A stretch of 64,000 bases of DNA. Source: Oikopleura dioica (Eukaryota; Animalia; Chordata). Below are positions 24,358 to 37,354 of this stretch, one piece after another. Each line of letters begins with the position of its first letter. Within the stretch, counting starts at the first letter, position 1. The stretch lies in the NCBI GenBank assembly GCA_907165135.1, contig OU015569.1:8742001-8806000 (forward strand), given 5' to 3'. Both the position numbers and the translations under genes were made by a program. A model generated the notes under the pieces. That model worked only from the letters and a program-made list of their open reading frames with translations, did not search any database and was not told where the DNA came from.

Positions 24358-24846
24358 TTTGGAAAAATCTAGCTCTTTCGAATAGGTTCAAATATCTCAA
24401 ACTCTATGGAATAAGCACTAAAATTGAGAGCTTATATCAATTTTTGTGCTGCATATTAGACGACTAGTGAATAACACGACTCATTAGAAGTTTTCCGACC
24501 TGTCAGAAAAATATTCCTACTCATCATTACAGGTCATGTAAAAAGATTAGAGGGCAACTTTCAAGAAAAACGAAATTGTTACAATTAAATATCTTTAAGC
24601 CGATCCGCAGCTGGGTCTCAAAAGGGAGCATCTCCTTTCTTTCGCAGTAGCCTACTATTAGCAGCTATTGTTTACGCATAAGCCCTGAGTAAATACGTAC
24701 TCCCGGCAAAACAAATGAAGAATCAAAATAAAATTTGTGTAACTCACTTTTGTTAACCCCTCGAGCGTGTGAAGGTCTCAAGGGCACATGGGATTATAGT
24801 GAATCGATCCTTAATAGTTGATCTTTTAAAGGATTAAACTTGAAAT

Positions 24847-26600
24847 ATGTGGCCAAAATTTATTTTTTTCCTTCTGCTAGTATGCTGTCTAATTCAAGAG
24901 ATTGAAGCAAAAAGTACGTCTCCAACAAGAAAAACTCAAGGAAAAAACGGACGAAAACGTCGTCCTGGCGGCGCAGGAGGGAAACGAAGAAAGCGGCCAG
25001 GAAAAGGTGGAAAGAGGCGCAGAAAACGACCAAGGCCTGAGCACGTTGGAGCAGTTGTAGGAGTCGCCGCGATCGGAGCAGTCGCTAATGCAAATAAGAA
25101 AATGGTTTCAAATTTGTAATTGATATTGATAAAGAGATTTTATTGTGCAAATTAAGAAATCATAAATTAGCCAAGCGCAACGCCAAGACCAACAACAAAA
25201 ACTACGACAAAATCGGATGAGCCAGAACTGCCATTGAATACGAGGGCATACTGGAAAGGTCCGACATCTGATCCACAAGGCAAGTATCCAAGATCGTGCC
25301 AGGACATTCTTGTTGACGCGGCGAAGGGGCCGCATTGCAAGTTGCCGGAAGCTGGAAAATATATTATTCAGGTATCAAGGAATTTTCTAAAAATCGAATT
25401 GTCGGTCCTTTTCAGCCACGCCCCGGACTCATGCCTAAGTGGGTAGACTGCATGTTTGACCCAGAACGAGCGTACACTGTTATTCAAAGTCGATACGTTG
25501 GTGAAGTTTGCTTCAACCGAAACTGGGATGACTATGTAATGGGTTTCGGGTGCCCTGTCGGAGTGGGCGAGTCTCCTGACTGGTACAACGACTATCGAAG
25601 AGGGAACGAGTAAAGAATTAGAATTCGAGAGCATAATTCAAAATTAATTCAGTGGATTGGACCCTAATCGCAAAGTCAGTGTTCCTGATTCAAACACCTC
25701 TATGTGCAAGAAGCCATATTATAGCCCGTACCACTCTGACGACGGTGAGATCATCTAGCACATTGAATAATCGAGTATTGAGGTTCCTACACGCCCGACG
25801 ACTATCCAAACACGTATCGCGGCCCGAATCCGCAACGCACTTTTATGCTCCCAGAATGGTATAATAACGCTTCGAAATAAGTAATGATAATGATAAAAGC
25901 AATGGAGAGCAGTGGTTGGGCCTAGAATATCAGTACTTCGTTCAAAAGTCTCACGGAGAAGGAGGAAGCAGACTCGTCGCTTACATTGCAAGCGATAGAA
26001 AAACGTATCAGTACGTTACTTACGAGAAATTCATGATCGGAAACTGGCAGAAGGACTATGCAATCAAGGAAATTGACGGCTTTGATGAAGACTTAGTGGA
26101 CATAACCGACATGTTTCAGTTCTCGGGCAACAGGTTTGAAATCATCATATTATTGCTTGCTTAGTGTGCTTGAAGTCTTTTAGGAGCGAAGTTTTCCACT
26201 GCTGATAGAGATAATGACGGAACAGAGCAAAGAAACTGTGCTTCTGAGAGCGAGTCCGGATGGTGGTTTAATGGAACGGATTTGAAGCGGACCGTCTTTA
26301 TATTTTTAAGGAATATCGGTGCTTAAATCCTGCGGAAGACTGCAACCCATCAAAGGTTAATCTAAATGGAATGTATCATGGATCTGCTTCTGTCCCTGTC
26401 GAGCATGACGTTAAAACCGGTCTTCCGATTCAGCCGACTCCAAACGATGGCATTTTCTGGAAAAATCCAAAGTATATTCTCCCCGTTTATCGAGAAAACT
26501 AATCCAACGTTTAAGTCGCAAATGGGAGTCACTAAGAATGACAAAGATATTGATTGGACCGACTGAGACTGTGGATTTTCCCTGCTTATATGAAGAATAA
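24847..26600 (+). CDS. Secreted fibrinogen-related domain (FReD) protein with a polybasic N-terminus
   Basis: Signal peptide MWPKFIFFLLLVCCLIQEIEA; FReD motifs YPRSCQDI, GKYIIQP, TVIQSRYVGEVCFNRNWDDYVMGFG, GEQWLGLE, GAKFSTADRDND..NCA....GWWFNG, VNLNGMY, W.SLRMTKILIGP. Stop TAA 26598-26600. Confidence 0.85.
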
Positions 26601-26666
26601 AAAATAATCCTTGGTTGTTTGTGTAAAGTTTATTAAAAACGATTTGTGAATTTCAGAGCAGATACA

Positions 26667-27429
26667 TTAAATATGTGAGGTAAAAGAATTGTCAATGCCG
26701 CGAATTTTGAGAAGTCTTGGGGGCTCTTGCGCAGACAAGGGTGATCGTTGTATTCTGAATTCACGCTCCCGTTTGTTCTGTCGACGAATACCTTCCCAGA
26801 AAGGATCCTCTTTGAATAGATCATTTTTGTTTGATCATTATTTGTCTCGATCTGCAAATCTGACCATTCCTACTTCATGCAAGTGTCCCCATCCGAATTC
26901 CGCCATGTTTTTCTCTTTTGGGGGATTTTTGAGCTTGTTGTGATTGGGGTTCCTGAATGAAGGAATCGATGGTCTCTGCTGATCACGTGGCATCTCGATT
27001 TCTAGTTTTGCGGTTTTGACCAATTCACTGCAAAAACTAGACAAAATTCTTATTGTTTTAATAAAACATCACAAAATCGCTTTCCTGAAGACTCGACATC
27101 ACTTATTTCACTCAAGTATTTTAAACCATCTCCAGGCATGTAACTCTCTACATCTGTGTCGTATGCAAACGTATTATTCTGCATAGAAGGTACCCATGTC
27201 GCATTGTCTCGTTTTCTTGAATTTATTTTATAAGAAAATAAAAAGAGTTGTATTACCTGTCATCTCGAGCTCTTTGCCTTGTACCTGGTCCAGTTTCCGG
27301 CGATTCAAATAAACTGCTCGTGCTTCTCGGCCATATGCTTGAGTGAGTGCTAGAGGCAGCTGACGACCAATTTCTGCGTTTTCTAGCGCCAACACTAGAT
27401 TCGGTCGTACTCTCACTGCCGCTGAACAT
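26667..27429 (-). CDS. Hypothetical protein (multi-exon, Ser-rich N-terminus)
   Basis: ATG 27429 MFSGSESTTESSVGARKRRNWSS.. ends at a GT donor; downstream exons FCSELVKTAKLEIEMPRD..FGWGHLHE and DPFWEGIRRQNKRERE..SHI*. No family recognised. Confidence 0.45.
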
Positions 27430-27988
27430 TCTCTAAAAAGGCCCGTAAAACGAGATTTTGTTGGCGCTGCTTACGCAAGTTGATTCGAATGACCGGTCCC
27501 GTCCGTGTCGACGTAAAAAAACATGTTGCGTAATAACTTATTTTTATCAAGGTTACCGCGGGCGCAATATCAATGTGTTCCAAGTTTTGCCTATGAAAAC
27601 ACTTTACTTTGCATGGAAAATCAATGTTTGCAAATGGGGCGCGAGACGAGTGTTATTCACCGTCAGGTTCCAAAAGCGAAAAGGGTTTAGCAGACTCGAG
27701 GGAGCAGAATGAGAGCTCGCTCGGCGGTAATTAGGATATTGTCGCTGGCGCCTAAGAGCTGCTCTGTCTCCGATTAAATCGAATTTGCCGAATTCTCAAA
27801 AGTCAACAAGGAGCTGGCTTCATTCTAAGCGTTCGATAAGAAAGAGCTTGCAGCATACTTTGTTTTCTCGAGCGGTGGAATCAAGGAAGAGAACTGAAAA
27901 TAATTGAACTAATTGTCGAAATTTGTCGACGAACATTTGAGAAGCGCCACTACAAACGGCCCTTTAATCGGCTTTTGATGGGACAATA

Positions 27989-30235
27989 ATGGTGGAACGA
28001 ATGAGCACAGTTACTCCTGATCGAATAAGAACAGAGCAGATTCGCCCAGACCAGCTAGAGAAGATTATTCAAAAGAGGCTTGAGCAAGCAAGGAAAGGAG
28101 CTCATACCAAATATCTGTATTTTTAGTGAAACTAAATATAAATTATTCGATGTTGAAAAGTTGTTAACCTCACAAAAGATCTAAATCAGTGCTCTTTACT
28201 GTCAAAACCAGTCTTGGCTACAACGGAAAAATCGACGACGACGCTCCATTAATAGGATACGGTTGATGCATCAATAACTTAGAAATGAGAATCAGTGAAT
28301 TTTCTCGACTTATTTTTCCGACTTTCCAAATTAGATTTTCGACTTATAATTTGTTTTGTTCGCGCTCTCTAGGGACATTTAAGGAATGTATTGACATCGA
28401 TAGAGAGTCGTGTCTTTTATCCATCGGCCTTGATTATTTGCGTGTTTAGGTCGCATCTCCCTTGACATGGCTCGCTCTTCTTCATTCAACCTATGAAAGG
28501 CAAATTCGTGTCGTTTGAACCAGATGACTTTTTGCATATAAAGGAAAAATACGATGAGTTTTGGTGGATTGGGCGCGTCGTTTCCCCTGATTCCGAGCTC
28601 GGTGAGTACTCCTCACAAACAGAAGCGCAATTAATTATCTTAGGATTTATTCCTTCCCCGACAAAGATTGAAAGCATTCGATCTAATCAACGAGGGAAAA
28701 ACCTGCGATCAACTAAAATCAGCGCCAAAAGTGGATCCTCAGAGCAAAGCCGCCAAGTGCTCTACGAAAAGAAGGTGCTTCAAAGAAAGAATCCAAGACT
28801 TGCTACGAAGTCGTTCCAAACGTACGGCCGATCGTCATGGTTGGCCCAAGCTTGAAGGGCTACGAAGTTACGGACATGATGCAGAAAGCAGTGTTCGATT
28901 TTATAAGACGGAGATTTGATGGACGTGTAAACATCACGAGAATTTCTGCAGGAACGGCTTCGAGCTTCTAAAATCATTTTTGACAAATGCAGTCTGAAGC
29001 TATTGGAAGATTTGTCTCAGGCTCGCCAAGCTGACCGCGCTATCAAGGAAAAGGGACAGAACAAGGCCGCTCTAAGTAGGATTATCTTCCTTTTGAAAGG
29101 TTAATTTTGCTCATTCAGTGGAAGTGCAGGCTGAAGTGGAGCGTATTTTCGACCTAGCGCGAGATCTCCAGCTAGGAAAAGTTAAAAAGAACTTTTGGGA
29201 CTTATTACTACTTGTGTTTATTAATTAGTTTTAAATGTCTGTCTCCATCAAAAACTTTTGAGAAAGTTGTCATCGATGCAGATATGATTAATCACCCAAA
29301 TCAAATTGCCAAAACACATTTATCGCCCATAATAGCTTGGTTCTTAGTCAAACGGAAAATAACAAAGAATATTGAATAAGAACCCTTCTCAGTCCAAATA
29401 AAAATTAATTCGCTGAAGGTGCTACAGAGACTGATTAAATCGAGGGGAAAAGGTCAGTCTCGCCATACGAATCCACAAATCGTAGCTGCAGAAAAACTAA
29501 GCCAGTGTTGCCCAGAAGTTTTTGACGTCACACTCGACGAGAACTCATTAGACGATGCGTGCGATCATCTAGCAGAATATCTCGAAGGTAAAGGCACTTG
29601 AATAACCAGCTTTCATACCACGGATTATAGCGTATTGGAGGACTCTGCATCCTGATTGGAAAGATCCTGCAATTAAGAAAAACCAGAAGCAACCGGTAAC
29701 GCAGTAAATTCAAATTACTAAGAACAAGCATTTTAGGGCGCTTTCAAACGGTCTCTGAGTTTCCTCGCTCCGAACAAGCCTCATGTTAACATCGAGACAC
29801 CCGATGAAATTCCTTGACTGTTTGTCATTTATATTTATTTATTCTTATTATCGTTATAAAATATATAAAATTGACAGTCGTTTATTTCGAGCATTTGAAA
29901 GTACATGTAAACGCTTCGTCGAGCTCTGGCTTCCTTATTTCCCACAGCAGTTGACCAAATCGACAAACGTCTTCGAGTAATTGCTAAAATCATAGGTCTG
30001 CTTCAGTTTTCAGTGCTCAAATGACTACCTTGCAAAGGGATTCTGTCCATTGTCGCGTACAAGACCGTCTCTAGACTCGTTTTTCTCGCAGAAGACCACC
30101 AGTTCCTTGACGGACTCACTTACCTTTGACAACATAAAAAATCGAATCGGAGGAAAAATACGCTTACCAATTGACGACGGAGTTTTCTTTGATGGTGAAG
30201 AGAAACCAGCTCTAACTTCGCAAGGCGATGAATGA
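27989..30235 (+). CDS. CACNB: Voltage-gated calcium channel beta subunit (SH3-GK MAGUK)
   Basis: [12 protein letters not shown]; [29 protein letters not shown] (SH3); [31 protein letters not shown]; [25 protein letters not shown]; [11 protein letters not shown]; [21 protein letters not shown]. Start and C-terminal exons approximate. Confidence 0.92.
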
Positions 30236-31704
30236 AATCTGCCTCGAGCTTCATAATTTTTATTTTCGATCTTTCTCAAAAGTGGCGATACTGGAGGGAT
30301 GGATGAAAACACAGAAGGGGCTCCCACTGAAGTGTGAAAAACCGACAACGCTCGGTTAGTGAGTACTTATTAAAAAGTTTGCCTGGTTCGATCGCAAATG
30401 AGGTTTACCAATAGAAGTAGAATTACGATTCAATCTAACAAGATGGAGAGTTTCTAAAGCGGAAATGAAAAGAGAAAGCCACGTGCGCGGAAAAAATGAG
30501 ATGTAACAATGCGGGGTCGGGGTCCTCCCAAAACTCAAAATTAATTTTAATTAGATGCCTCTGACCGATCCCTGTTAGACCCGACGCTGAATCTTCTTTG
30601 CGGCTCAATTATTGGTGCAAAAATCATGATTTTCGCAGCTTATCATTTTTAAATTCTAGTTTTGGTCTTCATCGGCGGGGCGTTATCCATTCTTGTGAGC
30701 TAACTTTGACTTTGACGTAGAAATCAGCTTTCAAATTCGAATATTAAGTACGTGAGAATGATCAAGTCCCATGGAGTCGCCGCGCATCAAGGCAATTGGC
30801 TTTTTCAAATTTGAATCGAATAAGCCCTTTTTTAGATTGGGGTGGCGAAATTCGCGCTCATTTTCGGTAAATCAAAACAGAAGTGACTCTTTCGCTCAAT
30901 TCTTTGTAACATTGATTTCAAGCGGGATTACTGTCGAAGTTTGGCAAGAGCTACTGCTCACAGTCGAAGGGTACCAAAGCGAATACAAAGAAGAGGATTT
31001 TGGATCAGGAAAGATGTTTTTATCAGTTTGAAAAGACTTTAAACTTTGACTCTAGGAGTTGGAGAAGAGGGAGACGAAACGAATGCCGAGGGCTCTGCTG
31101 GGAGTAGCCACTCTTCTAGCACTCAGTCCAGAGTCGATTTTTCGGGCGATCAAGTGCTCGTCACCTTCCAAAATAATCAACCAATTATTACGTTCGATTA
31201 GAACCTCTTCTCCCGATCAAATTAAAAAATTCAAAATCATATTTTGACTCTTATTTAACTTCTGCAATGAATTATCGAGTTTCGTACCTTCTTAATTCCG
31301 CTCGTGCTTTTTTTAATTTTAATAATTTAGCTGACTTTTTTCATTAGCTTGATCATGACCTCGATTCAAGGAAACGCTATTTAAACATTCGACGTCGTTA
31401 AGCTGGAGAAAGAACCGTCTAACGGGCTGTATAGAAGAGTAAAAGGTCAAATTCTCAAATGAAATTATCATCACCAATTCGCGCCAGTGTCAGTCTATTA
31501 AATTGCGCAATGGTAGAATAGACAAATGCAGTCCAGAATCAACCAACAAGTTTGAAAAGAAGAAATCATTAAAATGAAAATCCCAATAACGATGGCTAGA
31601 TTTAAAGGGCTGAGACTTGTGGCGTAATCTCCGCACTGGTCCAGTTTAAAGAAAACATTTGTTTACAAACGTTGAGAAGCAGTTTGTTGTTTCTCAATCG
31701 CAAG

Positions 31705-32259
31705 ATGCTCATTTTTTCTTTTTTCTTCTTTCTGTGCGTTTTGGGAGAGAACTCTACTTCTGACAGAGTGCAGGACGAAGACATCGAGCTTTTCCAGTTC
31801 TTCAGAGCGCATGTGCCTTTTAAAACAAAGAGAGAAAAGAAGAACTCACGGCATGCGTGTAAGACGAGTGTTCCTTTAATCGTCCCTGTAAGAACATTAT
31901 TCCACCTCGAATATTTTAGTTTATTTGATGAATTAAGGGCGGCAAGTGGGATATCAAAAGTGGCAAAGCAAAGCTTGTATGCGGAAGTGAGGGCAGAAAG
32001 CCACGGAAGAAGCTAAAGGCAATATGCAATCGAGAGAAGCGATGGGAATTCAATCTTGATCCGAGGTTCGCTCGCTCCTTTTCTCTTCCTGTTGATTTTT
32101 AGCAAATTCGACACGCGTAAGCTTTGTTCCGCCCGCACCAAGTTCGTCAAGCCAGTCCAATGGTCCAGCCTCAAGAAAAAGCAAAAGAGACTTCTGCGAC
32201 AAAGCCACCGTCAACGGATGCAACTTCATCTGGAGGCAATCTCGCGCCTCGAAGAATGA
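31705..32259 (+). CDS. Small secreted protein with a possible CCP/sushi-like module and basic tail
   Basis: MLIFSFFFFLCVLG signal; spliced HACKTSVPLIVP|GGKWDIKSGKAKLVC....KLKAIC....W; final exon KFDTRKLCSARTK..ISRLEE*. Confidence 0.5.
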
Positions 32260-34965
32260 AGCATTTCTACCGCTCTCTGTTATCTCCCTTTTTGTGACAT
32301 TAAATTGGCTAACAAGGGTCTCTGTGCTGTTTTGTTAAAGGAGAGGGAAGATAAAATAAAAAGATGTTTTTGGAATGTCGATAAATACTTCCCGCGCGGA
32401 AATAAGATACCAAGAAACTAAAACGAAACAGCACGAAAACAAACGTGTCTAAAAGTGGATCACTTTTTGCTAAGACAATAGTTACCTAAAACAGCTCCAG
32501 CATTTGACATCAGGAAGCCGCCGGCTTCAAGCCGGCCATATGTAGTTTTTTGAGAGTTCGGTTGTGAACAAAATAGGGCGGCAATAGGGTTGACCACACT
32601 TTGTAAGCAGTTTTGTCCGCTAGTTCAAAGGGCACGTTTTCCGAAACCAACACAAAGGGGCTCGGTCCAACGTGCAGTTTCATTATCATTATTTATCGCT
32701 GCAAAGTTCGCCAGGCTGGAAACGTTATGGAGGAAGCTAGGAGTTTAGAAGTTGATGGAACGAGTAAGAGATGGTGTCGACTGCGGTCTGCTGCCGCGTT
32801 AAAATCAAATTTGCCTCTGTTGTTCGAAATTAAGACTTCTCTAAGCAGAGGAATGGTAATACGCTCCGAAATTATCCAGAACGTGTTGTATTTTTGGCGA
32901 TTTCCATATTTAGCAAGCATTCCCCGCACTCTTACGCATATTTAACATTTCAGTTATTTTTGCCCTTCAGTGCTGCTTTTTTCAGAGAACCCCAATGAAT
33001 AAATTCAATCAAGTTAATACTGTGCATTGTGATAATTTGCTTATTCTACCCTTTGCAGATCCTTATCTTTGAAATTTGTGAGTTTTCGCAGAAAGGTCTT
33101 CCTATCTACAGGACTTCAAAAAGTAATGGCTGCTAGATATTCACACGGTCTTTTTGTAGACCACTGATTGATTTACGTACCGGAACCAGCTTTTAAAGCC
33201 ATTTTTATGAAGCACATTGTGAACTTTATTTAAGAAGGAACCATCCTGAAAAATATTATTATTTCCATAGAGACGATTTTTCTTACTTAGAAGACAACTG
33301 TGAAGTTCTTCTTCTTTTTCAATTTATAAATTGTTTGCTATCAGGAGGACCCCGACATATTCTAAAATTAAGACTATAAATAAGATGAAAAGAATCATAG
33401 CATTTAAAACTTGTTAAAACGCGCGCGCTAGAATGAGGGCGCAACTGCGCGCAGTCCAGATGGAGCTAATACGCGCCGTCGACAATTCACGATTTCGGGA
33501 ACTCGTCATTATCTTCCAAGATTTAGGTGAGTCGAGAGAAAAAGAGAAAAAAGAATCTTCTAGTGGTTTGTCTTATTTCTTTTCTTTTACTTGTGATATT
33601 CAATAAGGCGGAGAAGAGATCTTACTCGGCATATTTTTATCAGTTTTTTGTCGTCTTGATAGTTAAAATTTTTAACATTAAATTTTAAGAATAATATTGT
33701 TGAAGTTAGTATCTATATTTATTAATTCCTGGGATACTTCTTATAAAATAATTCAATTGAGTAATATTGGAATCATCAGTTTTGTTTCAACTAAATGATT
33801 TTCAAATATTTGAAAAATAAAAATAATAATTTTTTCCAGATTTTTTATTGGAAATTAGAAAAAAATGCTAAATAAAGCACAAAATTTAAACGATCCCGGC
33901 GCAATAATTGAGCTAAATCAAAGATTCAAGGGGCTTTTAATGAATTCGATTACGTTACGTTAGGTCGTTTCGTTTTCTTACAAAATTTCTAATGTAGAAA
34001 TGCGCCAAAGCTCGACTAAGTCGCGAGAGCTTTTTCGTGAACAGTTGCGAAACAGAAATGCTCTCAGAAGGGCTATTCCTTTGAGCAGCCTCATTCACAT
34101 CGAAATATTGACTTTCCGTTCTTTCCGAAACAGCGTCTGAAACTATTCAAGATTGAGGGACGTGGATGATACTCGAGCTAAGATGCTTTTTAGATTTCAA
34201 TTATCCTATCTGTCTCAACTTTAGCCATTTAGCAGGGTATAAATTAACGCTCTTTTCAAGGACATTTTTGATTTCAAGTTTTTTGAGGAAGCTCAATTTA
34301 TAAGCTCGTCGGTAGGAAAGTCAGTACAAGTAGTACCCATTCGAGTTATGTATCGATAGTAGATTGCGGCGAGGGAATCTAAAATCGCATTGGGCTATTT
34401 ACGGGCTAAGCCGGCAAAAAAATAAAATGAAACTGAAATATCCTCAAATCCGACCGCGCTTGGTTTCAGCTCCAAAATCAATAACCGAACACGTTTTAGC
34501 GGTTCAAAAAACTTTCCAACTTCCGTAATACTAACACAAAAACGTCTTAGAGATTCAAACTACTCAGCCGCTAATTGAATCGTTCATTAAGTTTTTGCCA
34601 TAGCATGACACGCATTTCAAGGGTAGAGACTTAAGAACATATCTTCAATGACAGCTTTTACAAGCAATTGAACTTGTGTGTAATTAGGTACTTTTAGGTG
34701 ACAAGATGAAGGTGTTCGGTCTACTTCAGGAAGGTTTCATCAAGTTATCAGCGACTTTCAAGTTCGAATATGTGGAAGAATAATAACTGATCGCTTCTGC
34801 CAGTCGATCTTTTACAATACTAGTCCATAGAGTATACCAAAGTTCTAGTTAGATAGTGAATTAATTTCGAAAGCGCGACTTGAAACTCGATAAAGAATGT
34901 TTTATATTGTACAGCACTCGGTAAGACCCTTTCCAATTGAGCTAGTTTGATAACTTTCTGTTTAG

Positions 34966-36654
34966 CTAAAGTGAACATCACGTTTGGCGAGTATCAGGGT
35001 GTTTACGAAAACATAGAAGAAATACACAGAGCGAACATTGTCTTGAAAAGCACGGCGGCTGGCCATCGTCGTCCAGAATTTCGGAGATTTTCTCATCTCA
35101 AACTTATGATGTCTGTCATGCTTGGCTCGGGCGCTCTTGCTTGTAAATATGACTTTCGGCGGGAAAAGGGGACTCTTACAATTAAATTCAGCGAAGTTCA
35201 CCGAGTATGGTTGCCACTGTCTCCTGGGCCCCGACGTGGTTCCAGCGCCGTCTCGGGTTCCAGCTGTGGACGGAATCGACGAAACTTGTCGGCGGCATTC
35301 TCTCTGTCAACACTGCGCCAAAATTGATAACGACAATGAATGCATTGGATCGGCAGTTGGATATAGGCGCGTTTTTAGTTGCCTTGAACAATTTCATCTA
35401 AAAGAATGGTAAAAAAAGAACGCTGAAAAGTTTCTCCGGGCATCAAAACAAAGAAACTGGCGAAAATTTCATCACCTGCGACAATACCCCTGGCACATGC
35501 CGACACAGTCTCTGCCAGTGCGACTATGTAAGTTTATCTGTTTCTGGACGACTGTAGCCGAAAAATTCAGGCACTTGCTGTGGGAATTGCCGAACAAGCA
35601 AACGAGTGGCGGGAGGAGAACGACCACCTGATCGGCGGCTTTGAAATGGAAAAGCAGTGCGTCGGTTTTAGTTCCCGCGAGTGGCTGCACGAAGAAGTCG
35701 AAGACGGGCTCCGATTTGACCAGAAAAACATCCCTTTAGGAAGCCTTTTTGAACATTTGCAAATAAGAAGGTGGTTTTTAGATGTAATGTTTATTTGCTG
35801 GAGCTCATCACATGATAAGCTATACAAATTGATAAAGGCAATCAGAATTTGAAGATAGCAACTTCCGAGAGATGGCGGCAACGACCTTAGCGCCGACCAC
35901 AGTTTCTTCAAATGCGGCACCGCTCCCGAACGGTATTTCTTTCAAATCACATAACTAAACCCACTGGGACCTTTTTCGCGCCCTGATTTGGGAAACCGAC
36001 ATGTTCAACCAGTTATTTTTTTGGATTTCGGATAATCCTAAGCTTATCATTGATTATCCCTTAAAGAAGTGAAACAGTTGCTCATTTATTAACTAGCAAA
36101 GACAAATAATGTTATGATTTATAAAAGGTTAACTTCTTCGTTGAAACTTACGTGAACCAATCTATTTCAAGTGTTTTGTTCAAAGAGTTAATTTTAGCTC
36201 TCTTTTTGCGGCGTTCCAGCACTTTTGGTAATTTTTTCGGAATTCTTAGAGAATTCTAATTTACGAGACCTTTTCTTCTCAAAAGGAGTGATTTCATTTA
36301 TTAATAGCGTAATTGGTGTTGGTAAATCGGTTATTTGAGCTAACATAATTCAGCTCAAACTGGAAACAACAAGAAGGAGTCCGTGCCCAGCGAGGAGCAG
36401 GTAAGAGCTGATTTTTTTCAGGGATTCGAAAGCGATAAAAAAGAGAAGATGCAATGCTGCGGCGAGTATCCAGAGCGATTCCCATTCCAGCCCAAAACAG
36501 GAAAAGCTTGCTGCAATGGTGTTTCATACAACTCCAATTTACTTGAATGCTGCAATGGAAAGGTAATTCAAGCATTTTTGCTTTCAAATAATCCAAGGTA
36601 GAAAGAAACTTTGGCTCACGAAATTTCAAGCGTTATCGCCTCTTCCGGGGTTAA
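34966..36654 (+). CDS. Secretory phospholipase A2-fold (PLA2-like) Cys-rich protein, probably non-catalytic; 5' end uncertain
   Basis: YGCHC..PAVDGIDETCRRHSLCQHC..D...C; ITCDNTPGTCRHSLCQCD; C-terminal QCCGEYPERFPF..KACCNGVSYNSNLLECCNGK. Confidence 0.75.
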
Positions 36655-37354
36655 ATATTTTATCTCCGAGAAACTTTACATAATCTATCTACTTCACAAA
36701 ACACACTCAGACCTTTTTGGAGCATTATTTTTTCTCTCTCTTTGCGTAATAGTTTTGTTAACAGAACAAGTTGACAGGTGGCCCTTGCAGAGCCACGCAT
36801 TTCATTTCGTTAAATCCCTTGTAGAATGTCATTTTTACTGAGCCTGTGAAATATTCTGGCTTTCTCTTAGGTAAACATGAGAGAAATTACGCTCAACTCA
36901 AGTCTGAAATTATAACTGAAGAATACTTATATTATTTTTTAAGACGCTGAGATCAATTGGAACCTGCTAGTTATCCCAAAAAGACGATCTTACTGTAAAT
37001 ACAAATTTTTATGAAACTGTAAATTTACATCTTATTTTATACTTCTATAACGAGACCCTTGTTCCTTGTGGTAATTGTAATAAATCTACTGCTCGGCTTT
37101 CTTAATCGAATCACTTAGCGCGTTATTAATTGCAGGAAATACATTCCAGAAGTCCTTTGATCTGATCAAAGCTTATCACCAACGCGGAATCAGGTTGGAA
37201 ACAGCTGGATCTAACTAACGAACAGTCGGTGACGCGCCGACGGGGTGATCGGACGGGAACAGCGCCCTCTTTATCGCGAAGCTCCAATAAAAGCGACCAC
37301 TTTCCGGAAATTTCAGTAAGAAATTCAAATACAATACTTATTTTCCTTGAAAAT

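Noticed and set aside
28450-28495. Intronic stretch reading [15 protein letters not shown], vaguely like a CACNB segment
   Set aside because: It ends in a stop, is out of order with the protein, and the true segment is encoded at 29010 onward.
30300-31600. Short ORFs on both strands between CACNB and the CCP-like gene
   Set aside because: Could not be assembled into a consistent spliced model.
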